Source: Dimorphilus gyrociliatus
Taxonomy: Eukaryota; Animalia; Annelida
NCBI GenBank assembly: GCA_904063045.1
Contig: CAJFCJ010000002.1
Coordinates: forward strand, 1,168,185-1,232,184
Length of the DNA: 64,000 nucleotides
Direction: 5' to 3'
Numbering within the stretch: the stretch's first letter is position 1; the number at the start of each line of letters is the position of its first letter. The notes beneath the pieces are model-generated. The model was not told the origin of the DNA. It did not search any database and was given only the letters and a program-made list of their open reading frames with translations. A program made the translations under genes and the position numbers. Positions 41,400 to 55,356 of this stretch are shown here, in pieces.

Positions 41400-42079
41400 T
41401 TTTTCATTATATAAACAATAACAAGAAAAATCTGCTTTCAAAAATCACCGAAAACTTTTAATGGACGCGATTTTTTTGTCTTTCTACGTGATCTTACATA
41501 ATAATTTAGATTTATTAGAAAAGGATATTTTCCGCTTAGAGTATAGATGGATGCTTGCTTCTCTACCTTTCATTGAAAATTTTGGATTACTATGCCTTTT
41601 AATCAGAGTAATGGTTTTGTATCTGTTTCCTTTTTTTTTAAGAGAAAGGACCATGTTTACCATTAACAAATACACAAATAGTATCCTATATGTGTATTTG
41701 TTTATATTTCTTCCATTGTAATTTGTTACAATCTCTTTTCCTATAAGAGACTAATTTAAACAATAATCTCTTCTTCCATACTTATCTTTTCTCAATACAA
41801 TTTTCAATTGTTACATTGAATTCTTTTATTTTTCTTACCTGAATTTTCAATGAATGGCGTATACGGATTTAGAATTTTATAATACATCACTATTCATACT
41901 AGTGTATGACATACTTTCCTAAAAAAAATGTCGTACTTTATTGAGACAATGAGTCATATTCTTTTTATAGCAAAGGGAGTTTACTTTTAATACTAGTTTA
42001 CACGATTCAATGCGAATTATATTGATGTAGGAAATCAACTGAAATCACGAAGCATAAAATAAAAACAATACTTTATTGT

Positions 42080-43567
42080 TCATTCTTTTTTTATATTTCT
42101 TGGAGCTCTACCAGCCGGACCTTTAGGTTTGGCGAATTTTTGCTTAACAATGTTCTTCTTCGGGTGAACTTCGTCGTAGATGAAATCCTTAGTAATTTCT
42201 TCCGCAGCATCAACCTCAATCTGAAAATAGGTTAAAAACATAATTAGAACTGTAATAAAAGTAATATGAGTCAAATTATTTGGTAATTTTATCTACCTTC
42301 TTTATTATTTCCATTCCTAAGCTTTCTTCGATGTTATCGATAAAAGGAGCTTTACAACTACTATATAACATCCTCTCCTTTATAGAACATTTGTAGCCAG
42401 GCATTGAGTAAATGAATACAAATTGCTCTAAGTAGTCTCCTTCGTGCGTATGCTTAAAGAGTAATATATGATATCTAGGACTATCAGATGGAGTTCTAGA
42501 ACGTATTTCGTCTATATCAATTGTCTCAGAATGTTCTAACTCGATTGTTTCCCTTTTTATATCAAGGCTCTATGGAAATTTATCATAATAACATAAATTG
42601 TTTGATACTTATAAAAGAAACTCTAACCAATTGAACATAAGTAATTTCCTTGTGCTTTAGCTTATCAAGAGCTGTAAAGGCACTCTGTGAGATTGGGAAA
42701 GCTACACCAGCTAAAGTCTGATGTTTTGAATCGACGTGAACATTAGCTTGAACTTCGGTTTTTTTTATTTCGGCTAACTCTTCTTCGGCTGCAGTTAATG
42801 GAGGAGCAGCGTCCTGGGAAATTGTATGTCGTTTGTAACCTTGAAGACATACATCTTCCTGAAAATTAATGCAATTAATATAAAAGAACACTATTTCTTT
42901 ATAATTCACCACTATTTACCGTATGAGTTCCAAATAACTCGTCCTTTATTTGACTTGCACCAAATTCTTTTTTTACGGTTGCTCTTGTTGCGGCGTAGAG
43001 CATCTTTTGTCTAACTGGGGAGTTATCCGGAGAATAGGCGATAAACAACCAAGTATATGTATCGTTATCCCTGGTATCCATACGATAGAGGATATAACAA
43101 GGTTGTTTATCCTCAAGAAGAGGCAGTATATACTTGTCGTAATCTGAGAAAGATGAAAGTCTTACAAAAGAGAAAATTCTTCTATTTAAAAAAAATCTGT
43201 TTTGTAAGTAAGTTTTAATATGTGTTCTTTTATATTCTGTTGATTTAGGATGCTATATCATAATTAAACAGTAATTTACCTTCATCCCAAGTCCCGGAAG
43301 CTGGTTCATTATGCTCGAGTTCTAATTGCTCCCGTTCTGATTAATAATTATTTGATTGTTAAATTGAAGAGGAATAGGAATAACACGTATCTTTCAACTT
43401 ACCACTATTAATTGATACTTTGATCAGTCTAATTCTCCCATCCTTTGATTGAGCGAAAAAAGAGCGAAGGGAGTCGCTTGCTGTTGATTAATCAGTGTTA
43501 AAATTAAAAAAAAGAAAAAGTCATTAATATAGTCCAACATACCTATGATACCAGTTTGGTGAGACAT
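42080..43567 (-). CDS. TWF1: Twinfilin
   Basis: [63 protein letters not shown]. Confidence 0.97.
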
Positions 43568-43844
43568 AGTCAAACAGAATGTATTAACACACCAAAGATC
43601 TTATAAAAAAAAGAAGCAAAAACTTAAACAGGAAGTTTTCCTGGTCACATGACCACACGCCGACGATCCCATAATTCAGTTACAATTTAGTGCCATCTCT
43701 ATGAATATATAAACTTTTGATACCTATTTTTCTTACTGAGAAGTATCGTATAATTTCATATTTTCACTTTAACAAAAGACAGCACGATATTGTTCAATTG
43801 TGTATTTAAAAAATAACTATTCACTCTATATTAAAGAAAAACAA

Positions 43845-45074
43845 CTATTCTCTGTTTAAACCCGTCACTTCTTCGCTGAATTTCCATAGTTGTTTACTCT
43901 TTTCATCATCTTCTGCCACCGGAATAGGAGCTTTTACTGCGCAATCGCTAAAAGATGATACATATTTTAAAAATGAAATACTTTCGTCTGCTATATTAAA
44001 GATATTTTCAAACCTGTAATAGAGGCCAGTCTGCGATCCAACTTCGTTGTTAACAGCGCAGAAAATGGTAGTTTGAGCACCTGAAAAGTGAGTGATGATG
44101 TAGAAATTTATGGAAACAAAAAAGAAACAATTGAAAGAGATATCGCTATTTCTTACCACTTTTAACTGTTTTAGCGAAGGGAGTTATAAAGTAGCTGATA
44201 ATAGTACGGAGTATACCACCTGGGATCACTTCCTTTGCCAAATCGGTAAAAATAACGCCAGGATGCAGACTGTAAGTTGTAACACCAGTTCCCTTGAGTC
44301 TTTTTCCTAACTCTCTTGAAAACATGACATTCATTAGTTTGCTATTAGAATAGGCTCTATAAACTGAGTAAAGTTTTTCATTATTTATGTTCTCAATATC
44401 AAATGTTGCTCTCGAATGCGCTCTGGACGAGACTGTAACAATTCTGGCCGGTGATGATTTCTTTAGTGTATCCAAGAGAAGGTTTGTGAGAAGAAAGTGT
44501 CCAAAGTGATTTACTCCTGCTTGACTTTCTATACCGTCCTCAGTCTTTCGGAACGGTGTCCACATAATTCCAGCGTTATTTACAAGAATATGTAAATAGT
44601 TCTCATTGCTCTTATACTCTTTAACAAAACTTCTTATTGATTTAAAAGACGATAGGTCCAATTTCATGACGATTATTTGATCTGGATTAATATGGGAATC
44701 CTTCAATATATCTGCCTTAGCAGCTTCCGCTCTTTCCGCACTTCTACAAGCCATAAACACACGAGCTCCTATTGAAATAGCATATTGTAAGTTAAAAAGT
44801 GTACAATTTTCGCTATTGCTATCTACCCCTTGATGCTAAGTCTGCAACAGTCTCCTTTCCAATTCCTGCATTTGCTCCAGTAACTATTACATTTTTGCCC
44901 TTCAATGTTTCTTTTCCTGCATACTGACATCCTTGGTTGTAGTCTCTATAAGTAGAGAGCGATAATAGAGACGCAATATCAAATTCAACGTTGAAGAAGA
45001 AATAAAAACCTCATAACATATAATCCAATAGCAAGTGGGAAACTAAGAATCGTTATACGCCTAATAAGAGACAT
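43845..45074 (-). CDS. Retinol dehydrogenase 11/12/13-like short-chain dehydrogenase
   Basis: N-terminal anchor, TGANAGIG, LVNNAG, NHFGHFLLT, YSNSK catalytic motif, HPGVI. Confidence 0.93.
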
Positions 45075-45577
45075 AATTGGGAATTTTTTATATCCTTTGG
45101 CGACTAATTCTTAGTGTATAAAATTCAGGCGTGGTGGTGATAAGGTGGATCAAAGTTGTGATTAATCTTTAAATTCGTTTGACAAATCAAAAAGATTTCT
45201 TGCAGAGATTTGTAAAAATATTTAACAGAAATTTTCTTTTTGTGAAAGCATATTACAAATGAAGATTATATATTATGACAATACAAATTAAATAGACAAT
45301 TTACTATAAATTATATGATTATAAGTTTATATACTGTTTAATACAGCACAGATAACTTTTTTCGGCAGGCTTTTTTCTTATCTAGTTTGTATTAAATACA
45401 GATTTTATGATTTTCAATTAAAGATAGATAAGTTATCTTCATTTTAATTTCTGTTAAAAATATCTCGCTCATGCTTAAGTTAAAGAAAAATTTAATTTTT
45501 ACAAAAATAAAAGGGCACCAGTTTTAGGTTATCGGTACCGTATAAATCATACATTTATTAAAGCAAAACGAAAACTT

Positions 45578-46534
45578 TTATTGTTGCATATTGAAATGTT
45601 CCTTTCCTTTCATAATAGCTTCTTTAAATAGTCTTAAATATAATTGTATAGAGTCTTTACTATCGTCGTTACCAGGTACTGGGTATGTTATTAACCTTGG
45701 ATCAGAATTAGTATCTACGATTCCGACGGTTGGTATATTTAATTTTGCAGCTTCTTTTATTGCAACATGCCTTTCCATTATTGAATTATGTGTATATGGA
45801 AAAATCAACAAATCTGGTAAACGTATAGTTGTACCAAATAACACTGTTGAATTTGTAAATAATCCTCCACTCCAATAGTGACAATGGGCGTATTCTCCAC
45901 ATTCTTGCGCCGTCTTTTGAACTAAAGGTGTTGTTTCTCGATGCCTACTTACGAAAAGAATTACTCCCCCTCTTGATGCAATATGGGCAGTGAAGTTTAA
46001 GGCTGAATGAAGTAGCGGCAAAGTTTGATCTAAATCAATAATATCGCACTGCAAACGATTTCCATAGATATAAGGTGTCATATACTGATTTCGAACACCT
46101 TTTTTATGTCCTAAATGAATTCGATTTTCGAAGAGGTCATTCAAAGTTACCATATCTCGAACTTTAAAAAAATCTTCTTCTTCCAAAGGGTTAATAGATT
46201 TTTTTACATTTGCTGAAGACAATGGTTGAATTGAGAATTTTTTTAATGAATATATATTCAATTTTTAATTACACTTACTATCAGTTGCCAATGATGAGTT
46301 TGTTCTATAAACGTTAAATTGTGTCCGGTACACTGCGAAATTAAAGTATTGATCAGAAACATAGCACATTTACATAAAAAATTGCTTCATCCTAGGAAAA
46401 AAGTCGTTTCTTTGTAATAGCATAGGAAAATATATCATTTAAAACCTTAATAAATTGATAAATAGCTTAATTTCTGAAACATTTAATTAAAATTTCCAAC
46501 CTTTTCTACAACATGCCCTTATAGCTGACGCCAT
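45578..46534 (-). CDS. MRPS2: Mitochondrial ribosomal protein uS2m
   Basis: LFENRIHLGHK...IIDLDQT...IPTVGIVDTNSDPRLITYPVPGNDDS; transit-like start MASAIRACCRKVYR. Confidence 0.93.
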
Positions 46535-46827
46535 TTTGATAGTTGTTGATAATGTGCTGCCCTCTGTATTGTTTTTCATATACAAATTTTCACTGATAAT
46601 AGTATCAAAGTTTATTTTTGGAGTAAAAGAGTTATTTCGGACATTGGCATATGTGACATATTAATATCAGAGCATTTACATATAGGCTATATGCACACAA
46701 AAGTTAACAAGCAATTTTTCTTTACTATTAAACAGAATCGTAAGCTGCATCAACTAAAACCCAAAGTTTTCTATATAATCGTTAAAAGTACCAATGTTAT
46801 AAGTTTACCTATGAGATTGAATTGGTA

Positions 46828-48629
46828 CTAGTTCGTACTTGGCGGATAAATTGGACTGTGCGAAGATTGGCGAATTTCACGGCTATCAATTGCAGATTTA
46901 TTCCTGTTAGGAATGAATTCAGAAGCTTCATTTGAAAAATCGTGTGGGTTCTTTGAACTATTCCAATATTTATAATTTCTACCAGTTTGTTCAGTTGTGT
47001 AAGGATGATCTCTATGATACTGGAAATTAGAAGTTGGTTTTTTATAGCCACTATCATAAGAATTATGATATCTCTTTCTGTGATTATATCTGCCATGTGA
47101 GTTAAACATATTTTTATTATTTGAATTGTAATTTTGGCATATTTCAGAGCTGCCATCTTTGGAGGTAGATTGTTGACGAAACATCTCCCTTCGGTTATTC
47201 GTCTCCGTATGAAAGCTATTCTTTTCATATCTAGACTCGAAAGTCACTGTTTGAGTTTCTACGGAAACTTTACTTTTTAACTTTATATTTGTTTCCTTAA
47301 TAATTTGTGAAAGATTTTTCCAAGCTGAACAATATTTGGATTCCCTTCTTATTTGACCAACCGTTGATTTAATGTTATTAAGCTTTCTGGTATTAACAAT
47401 TAGGTTCTGTCTATCAAAAATCTCTACTATGTTTAAAAGACACTTTAATTTTGATTCAATAGAGTACATATAGTGATCTTCTTCAAAATGATCACTTATA
47501 CGATTGATTGCTTTCGAGTAGAACGTTCCACATATTCTTGTATGTTTATAGGTATCTTTCAATTCCTGTTCAATTTCGCTGACAACGTGATCTTGTAAAG
47601 AGTAATAATTATCCATTTTGTTCTCTCTATCATGTTTATTTACTTTTTGCAATTCATCTAAAAATATAATAAATATTTATATGCATTGTTGATTTTTATA
47701 ATTGAGCTCTGTCTACCTGTTCTATTCTTATTCGAATTTGAGCAATTATAGCATAATGAATCTCCATCAGGTTTATTTGATTTTTTTTCTTTATCACTTT
47801 CAATCGACTCCTTTTCAACCTATAATAGAAAGTAATCAAGTTAAAACCATTCTACAATAATTAAATACAGTATTAACTTTCTTATCTTCACTTTGATGAT
47901 TCACTTTTTCTTGAAGCTAACATTAATTAATAAGACATTATTTCTTTTGTAGAAATTCCAATAAAAAATGCTTAAAAACCTTATTACAAGCTTCTAAATG
48001 AGAGGCAAGTATCTCGGGGATGACTATTGCGTCTAGCCTATACAGAAAAAATTATTAGAAAATCTTTAGGGAACGATAAATTTCTCTCGAAAAGAGTTTT
48101 TACTTTTTTGTTTTTGATCCTCCCCGAAAATCCTCCTTTATTATGAATGGGTCGATATCTTCCCGTGGAAATTCAATGGACGTCACAAATTGCACATGAA
48201 ACTTGGTTTTATAGTGATACGGGATAATATGGTGCAAACAAGCTGTGATTGTTTTTCTCAAATGTAAGTCAAAAGCTTCTCTTCATGATGGAAAATAAGT
48301 AAATCGTTATGAATATCATATTTATCAAGGGAACAATGTCTAAGAGAGTGAATTAATTTCTTAGACAAAAGACCTATCGCTTAAAACTTTTTGGCCGATA
48401 ATATAAGTTTCAATTACATCTGAAATTCGAGTAAAAGTGAGAATAATTAAGGTCTTTTTGTACATGAAATACAATGAATAATATAAACTTTAAGATTTAT
48501 GTTCGTCAACCTGCTTGGCAAGTTTTTGCATATCTATTAAGCAAATTAAATAAATTGGTCCTAAAGAACTCGCCTCTTACTAGCCTTTCTTTGAGATTGA
48601 TTATTTAAGTGGTCTTACCTTTTCTCCAT
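46828..48629 (-). CDS. Uncharacterised protein with a C-terminal PAM2-like motif
   Basis: Seven in-frame GT-AG exons reconstructed, plus a long last exon (track ORF of 274 aa) containing FSNEASEFIP. Confidence 0.7.
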
Positions 48630-49193
48630 ATCTGAGCTAAGGAACATAGTAATTTTGTTACAAAGTAGTTTGTAACAGTTTAAAAATGACCTTTCTCAAT
48701 GTTTACCGCGCAGTAATCACTAAAAACAGATAGTATTGTTTGAGCAAAGTGGTAATAACGGCCAGCGCGCCTAGTGGAGATTTTTCAAATTATTTCTGGA
48801 GGTTTCGTCATAGGGTTTCAATTGACGGCTTCTAGAACGGTCTAAAGAAATTGTCCAAATTTACAAATTCATTATTCCCAAATTTTATCTTTCTATCATC
48901 TGATGTTTGCAATTTTCTATGAAAAAAACTTATTTTTCTACGAAAATTCAAAAATGGGCGACGTTGTTGTTTCTTATTCGATACTCAATAAAATGCGATA
49001 ATTTGACAATTTATGAATAATTAAAAATCTGAATAAATGTATAAAATCAAATATGTATGTACAATGCTAAAAAAATGATTTAAAATGAAATGCGATATAG
49101 CTAAAAGCAACAAAAAATAAAAAATAAAAATGTCAAAAAAAAAGGAGTTCGCAAAGGACAATAAAAAAAGGACATAAATGTATAAAAACCTGA

Positions 49194-52100
49194 TTATCTC
49201 TGACTAAAATTTTTGAACAAAAATATAGCTAAAAGAGTTAAAATTAAAATACTAATATTAGAGGCAGTATCAGTTGCAGTATTATAATCCGGACAATACG
49301 GACACTGGAAAGATCCGCAAACTTGGCAAATGTGCAAACCGAATAAACTGTTAGTTTTATACATGCTTAAATTAAACATTCCTGGTTCGTAATAGTCGTA
49401 AATGTGGAGAGAATGTTGAATAGTAACATTGGCAACCGGAAACCATCTATTTGCCGTAAATCGAACACAAGTTGGAACATTCGCTTCTAGAGAATCTATA
49501 TAGAAGACAACCTTCTTATCCAGGTATTCAGCTCTTGCTAAATTTTTTACTGTATGAGATTGAACGTAGGATCGAAGTAGGTCATTCATTATTATATAGC
49601 CTGTTGGTAAATCAACTTCCATTAAAACTAGTCCAGTCTTCTTAGATATATCTGGTCTTGTCCAAGTACCGCATACATCAGCCTCAAAAATTGAGAAATT
49701 TTTACCATATAATCTTAAGTTTTCAAGTTCAATCTGAAAAAATGATTGATTTGGACGGGGAAACTGTTGGAAGCCAAATTCAACGTTCATCTGAGTTTCC
49801 AATTGAATAAGAGCAACTCCAGTTCCTTGGGCTCTTGCTCTTACAGAACCCCATACTTTAGGTATTTCCAGTGTGTGAGTATCAACATAATTAGAGTTGT
49901 TCAGATATACTTCCTTTGTCCAATATTCGGAAGACGTAGATTGGAGAGTAACGAGCATTTTATATAAATGACGATTCGTATCCTTTTTAGATAGATCAGT
50001 AAGAGCCTGTAAAGCAATAGCAGTGTCTTGGGTACCAATAAATCCACCAATGGTATTTCGCATTGTTTGCATCCATTTCATTATTTCTTGAGGTCTAATC
50101 TTTTGATTTAATTTTAAAAACGTCTTTAATGCATAAGAGGTTGCCGCTACAGCAGTACTTTCAGTTGGGTAAATGTTTCTGGGATTTTGGTAAATTATCG
50201 TTGCGACAATCTTAAAAGGATTGCTAGGTATGATATGGTCGGACCAGTATATACCAATACTAGTTTTCTTTGTTGCTTCCAATTGAGATAGACATTCGAA
50301 ACGCATTGAAGATTCACTCTGTGCTAAAGCATAGCAAACAATACACAATTTGAAACTGTCATTTCCATGCTTGACTGTATCATAATTTCGTTCTAAATAG
50401 CTTCGAGCTTTTCGTTTAGCCTGTTCAACATTATTTCTTTCACTTCCAGATATTCCTTCTGCATCATTCAAAGCGATTAGCACATAAGCCGTTAAAGATA
50501 TATTATCTGTATGATTAGACATTCTCTTATCATAAGGTGGTGAAGGATCCACGAAAGATCCGTCAGTTTGTTGTTGCTTTGCTGCCCAATTACCAAGTTT
50601 ATTAATTAGCTCTGGTGGAATATATATATGCAATCGCCAATCAGCCAAATCTGCAAAGTTCAAAGTTTGCAATACGAACGCAGTTAACCAAAGAGAAGGT
50701 GTTCTATTTTCATAATCTCTAAACATTGTAAATGCTCCAATGTCCCTCATATAATAGGAGAATTGCCTTTGCAAAGCAATGTTCACTCCTGTAAGAGCAT
50801 CTTTTAGTACTTCTTTACGAAGTTGATTGGTTTCTTTCAAATATCTTAGATAGTAAATGTTAACTGCAATATTAAATGCATTTTGTTCAGCAGCCCCAAA
50901 AGGTTTTCTCATCATATTCATTGCATTCAAAAAGGGTTTAAAGAAGCCGGTTCCTATTATATCACCAGAAACGGAAACAAAAGCTTTTGCAGATCCAGGT
51001 ACGAAATTATGGTATTGCTGCTCCGGCGTGAAAAAGCGATCAGGGACGATTATCCATAAATCGGGAATAATGTCAGAGCCGGTATTTATCAAGTCTATCA
51101 GGAGTGGAGTATGATAATAGTTTGTTGTACCATCGTATTTTATGTTGAAAGTATGCGATACAGTATCTTTTCCCATGAAAGAGGTTGCGGTCACATAAAC
51201 TGTTACATTTCCCCCTTTAATAGGTGAAATTGGAAAATGAATAGTATACATATCAGAAGCTCTCAAATATATCATTGTTTGGATGTCACCGCGGGTAGTT
51301 CTAGGGTTATACGAATTAACGTAACCATAGTCTTCAACCAGCACAATTCTATAGTCGTCCGAATCGTGAACTGTAACTAGGCATTCCAAATCTTCCGACC
51401 AATAGTTAAATAGAGCAACTCTTAACCCAATTTGTTCACCTCGAATAATATTGACGGGACCTTCGACTTGAATATAAAAGGGTCTTGTACTTTGATGTCG
51501 AGCTGGCATTTCAAGAATTCCTAAACCCTTCTCTCTAGACATTGATACGGCTCCAACAGTCCAGGACATTGGCTCTTTGGGAACGTTAGTTTTCAGATCA
51601 ATCCGTCCATCTGGCTTAACAAAATGAGACATCCATAGCCAGGATCCTTCTTCTTCATAATGCCTATTTAAATGTTTAAAACGATTCAACTCTTTTGTAA
51701 AAATAGAAGGTTCGTCGTTAGGATAACAGCCAAGTTCGTCAACTTCATCAATGCATTGCGACGTATTATCGCATCTTTCGGATATTTTGAAGCAGCTACC
51801 GTCGTTACACGGTAGAAACCCTTGTGTTCTATTACAATTATTTTGTATTCGAGAAACTTTAGCATCGGTGAAAATAATAATTCCTGCGTATTCGAAAGTT
51901 GTGTTAGCATCAACACCGTAGGTTGCAGCTGGGAAATACATTTTTTTGTATATTGCCTCGCCATAATACCAGGTATGACTATCGCTTAGGTTAGCATGCG
52001 AATCGTAAGTTTCAAGTTCTCTTAGAATTTCTGACTCGGTTAAAAATATATTTCCTCCCTTTGACCACATATCATAATCTATTCCAGAAAAGGCAATAAA

Positions 52101-54198
52101 GGAACCGGGATCTGTTATTCCTGTCACTTCTATCGTGTCACGACTAAAATCTTTTCCTTGGTTAATTCGAACTTCGACTGGATTCATTCCAGTTCCATTT
52201 ACAAAGAAGTTTAGTGAATCAACAATTACCTCTCCTTTGTACAAATAGTAGGCAATTATTCTAGAACTAGGGACCATGTCTCTTGATATAGCAACAGAAA
52301 ATGTTTTCTGTTGTGATGACATTTCAAGTGAGTTTGCCGTTTGAATATTTCCACCAGACACAATTTGGTAATAGACTCGATTTACGTACGTACTTAATCT
52401 CACTGTAAACACCATATAATGATCTACAAATGGACGTTCAGTTGTTGTAGATATTTTTATATAATGATTGTTGTATGTGTAGTATTTGGAAAATATGCAC
52501 TCTACTTGATTCGAGAATCCTTGCAGGTCATAATAGGCCTGAAGAGTAATAAATCGTGCATCGGATTCTGCTATGAAAGTATAAGAGACTATTCCATCGT
52601 CTCGAACGACTAGTTTCTCCTCTTCCAATGCAGTCGTTTTTATTCCGTTGTTAACAGATCTCTGCACTGTAACTTGTCGTCGATTTCCATATAGTGGTCT
52701 TCCATCAGCATCTATCACAGCATAGTAAACGTTTACAGGGAAGCCAGGCTTAAATGTTCTTGATTTGTCACCCAGCAACTTCAATTTTACTTTGTTTTCA
52801 TAAATAACACAAACGCCATAACCAATACTTGTCAACGTCAAATGCCAATCATAAATGGTTGCAATTACATGCAATTCTTTATTGGCGATATTTCCAACCT
52901 TGGCCCGAATTTCGTCCATAAAAAAAATAAAATCACTCCTTCCATTAAACTGTTATGAAAAAAAATATGATATAATAAAAACTATAAAATAGAACGCAAC
53001 AATAACGAACGTAAAATATTGGCTTTTCTATATAGTCCCACTTATATTCCTTTCCGTCAACCAGTTTTGTTTTAGGGTCACGGATTTCTAGGCGAACTTT
53101 TCCTTGGCCTTTTGCTGGTCTACCACTAGTATGACTAAAAAAAAGCAAAAAAATGAATAATTCAAACATTTTCAATTGAAATTTTTGTTTAAACCTACTT
53201 GACTGTAATTAGTCCTGCCAATGCAAATGAATCATCCATTAAATAAAGAGGCATGCTGACATTTACAAAAAATCTAGGTGGATCTAAAGAAGGGAAAAAA
53301 TTTTAAAAATCTTTAAGGAATTTTTGTATTATTTTACATACAGTATTCCTCAACTTGAAATTCTTTCTCGTATGTTGCCCCCTCAAAGACTGTCTTTATT
53401 TTCCATACTCCATATCTAGGCTGTGCTGATAGTTGCATTTTCATATCAAGTATACCTGAAACGAATAGTTATATTTTAGTATTGTCTCTTTAAAAATATA
53501 TGACAATTTACCAGCATTTGTCTGTTGATCAAGCCAACGGCGGATTGGCATTCCTGTATTATCAAGCATGTATATGTCCATACTACCGTGAACGGGTAGT
53601 AGGTTAGGCTTCACCGGTATTATTCTGAAGTGAACTATTGGAAAATTCTTGTTAGTAATTAGTAAATACCTGCATTGAGATGACTCACCTGTTTGGCCTT
53701 GACGGTAAATAGGTTTATTGGTTTGAATGAAAACTGAGACTTGTTTCACGTCAAAAATAAGATCTGTTTCGTTCTCAAAAACGTAGCCTGCACCATAGTA
53801 AGCTTCATTAAACGCCTCGATTCTCATAGTATAATTGCCCATATCAGCATTGGTAGGCATCTTCATCTGCACCAAGCGTGTGCCCTCTTCCTCGAAGACC
53901 TCTTTAAAACGTGCAAATTCTTGGGCACCATTTTTTCGTATGTTCCCTCGAACAGTGATTGATTTTCCATACATTTTAAATATGGAAACTTGAACTTGCA
54001 CAACTTCATTTGGATAAACCTTTCTAGGGGCTAATATCATATATGTTCTGTGCATACAAATGAGTTTTAATTGTCGATCACAAAATATTTAAAAAATACA
54101 AACGCATCAGGCTGTAGCTGTTCTTGGGCATTAGCACCAAACATCAAGTAGTAAAGGATGGATAAAAGCAACATAGATAACATTCCACTTATGTTCAT
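49194..54198 (-). CDS. Mcr: Macroglobulin complement-related (Mcr/TEP6-type) alpha-2-macroglobulin family protein
   Basis: Signal peptide, MG domains, an LDLa module (CNDGSCFKISERCD...DELGC), a degenerate thioester PFGAAEQN, GGFIGTQDT, DYYEP, and a Cys-rich hydrophobic tail. Confidence 0.92.
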
Positions 54199-54505
54199 AT
54201 CTATTTATCAAGACTATAACTAGTATTATCAGAAATGATCAAAGATAAGAGCTTGTTGTATGCTGATCTGGTTATGTCGCTTATCAAGACTACTCCAATT
54301 TTCTTTTTACCTGGCCGGCCATGACATAACACCTGAGAATTTTTATTCTGTAGAGGGCACCACCCTTTCTTTTTGACATATATTAAGTGCGAACCTAATT
54401 TTATAAAAAATATACCATTCCTCCTCACACATATTATCGACCAGACTCAGCTTTTCTAGTTAATCGAGCTCTTTTCCCTTGTAAACCAGTAAATTAACCA
54501 GAATT

Positions 54506-54948
<443 letters not shown>

Positions 54949-55093
54949 TTCAATTATGTTACGTTTTATTGAAAATAGGATCAATTATCGTCATGTATAG
55001 TACATTTTTACTTGTTTATATATATTTTACCCGAAAAGATCTGAAATAAACTTTCATATTGTATGTACATTTCTAAAGTTTAGTATATCAACA

Positions 55094-55105
55094 CACTAGA
55101 TGGCG
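55094..55105 (+). promoter_or_regulatory. CTCF-like motif between NEDD8 and SLC35B3 (one of about 10 in the window)
   Basis: CACTAGATGGCG resembles the invertebrate CTCF consensus CCACYAGRKGGCGC. Confidence 0.5.
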
Positions 55106-55356
55106 AAAAATAGCTCGAAATTCCAAGTAAAAGAAAATAATAAATATCTAATTATATTAAGCGTAACTTAATATTACTATTTTCAAGGGAATAGCAATAA
55201 TGCGAATATATTTAATTACTGTTATTGTATTAATACTGTATTTAAGATGACATAAACGAGTGACGTCATTAGTTCACGTGTAGGACGTCTGCTGGGAACA
55301 AAATGTCTAATCTTTAAAAAATTTCACAGTATCTCTTTAATATTGCAATAATACCA

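Noticed and set aside
46338-46500. Possible C/D snoRNA in the oversized MRPS2 intron 1
   Set aside because: A CTGA is present, but box C is degenerate (ATGATAT). The putative guide would mismatch typical metazoan 28S AAACAAAGCA next to the target.
48250-48360. Apparent TGA read-through or frameshift in the PAM2-motif gene
   Set aside because: A normal intron of about 93 nt with an AAG acceptor restores the frame.
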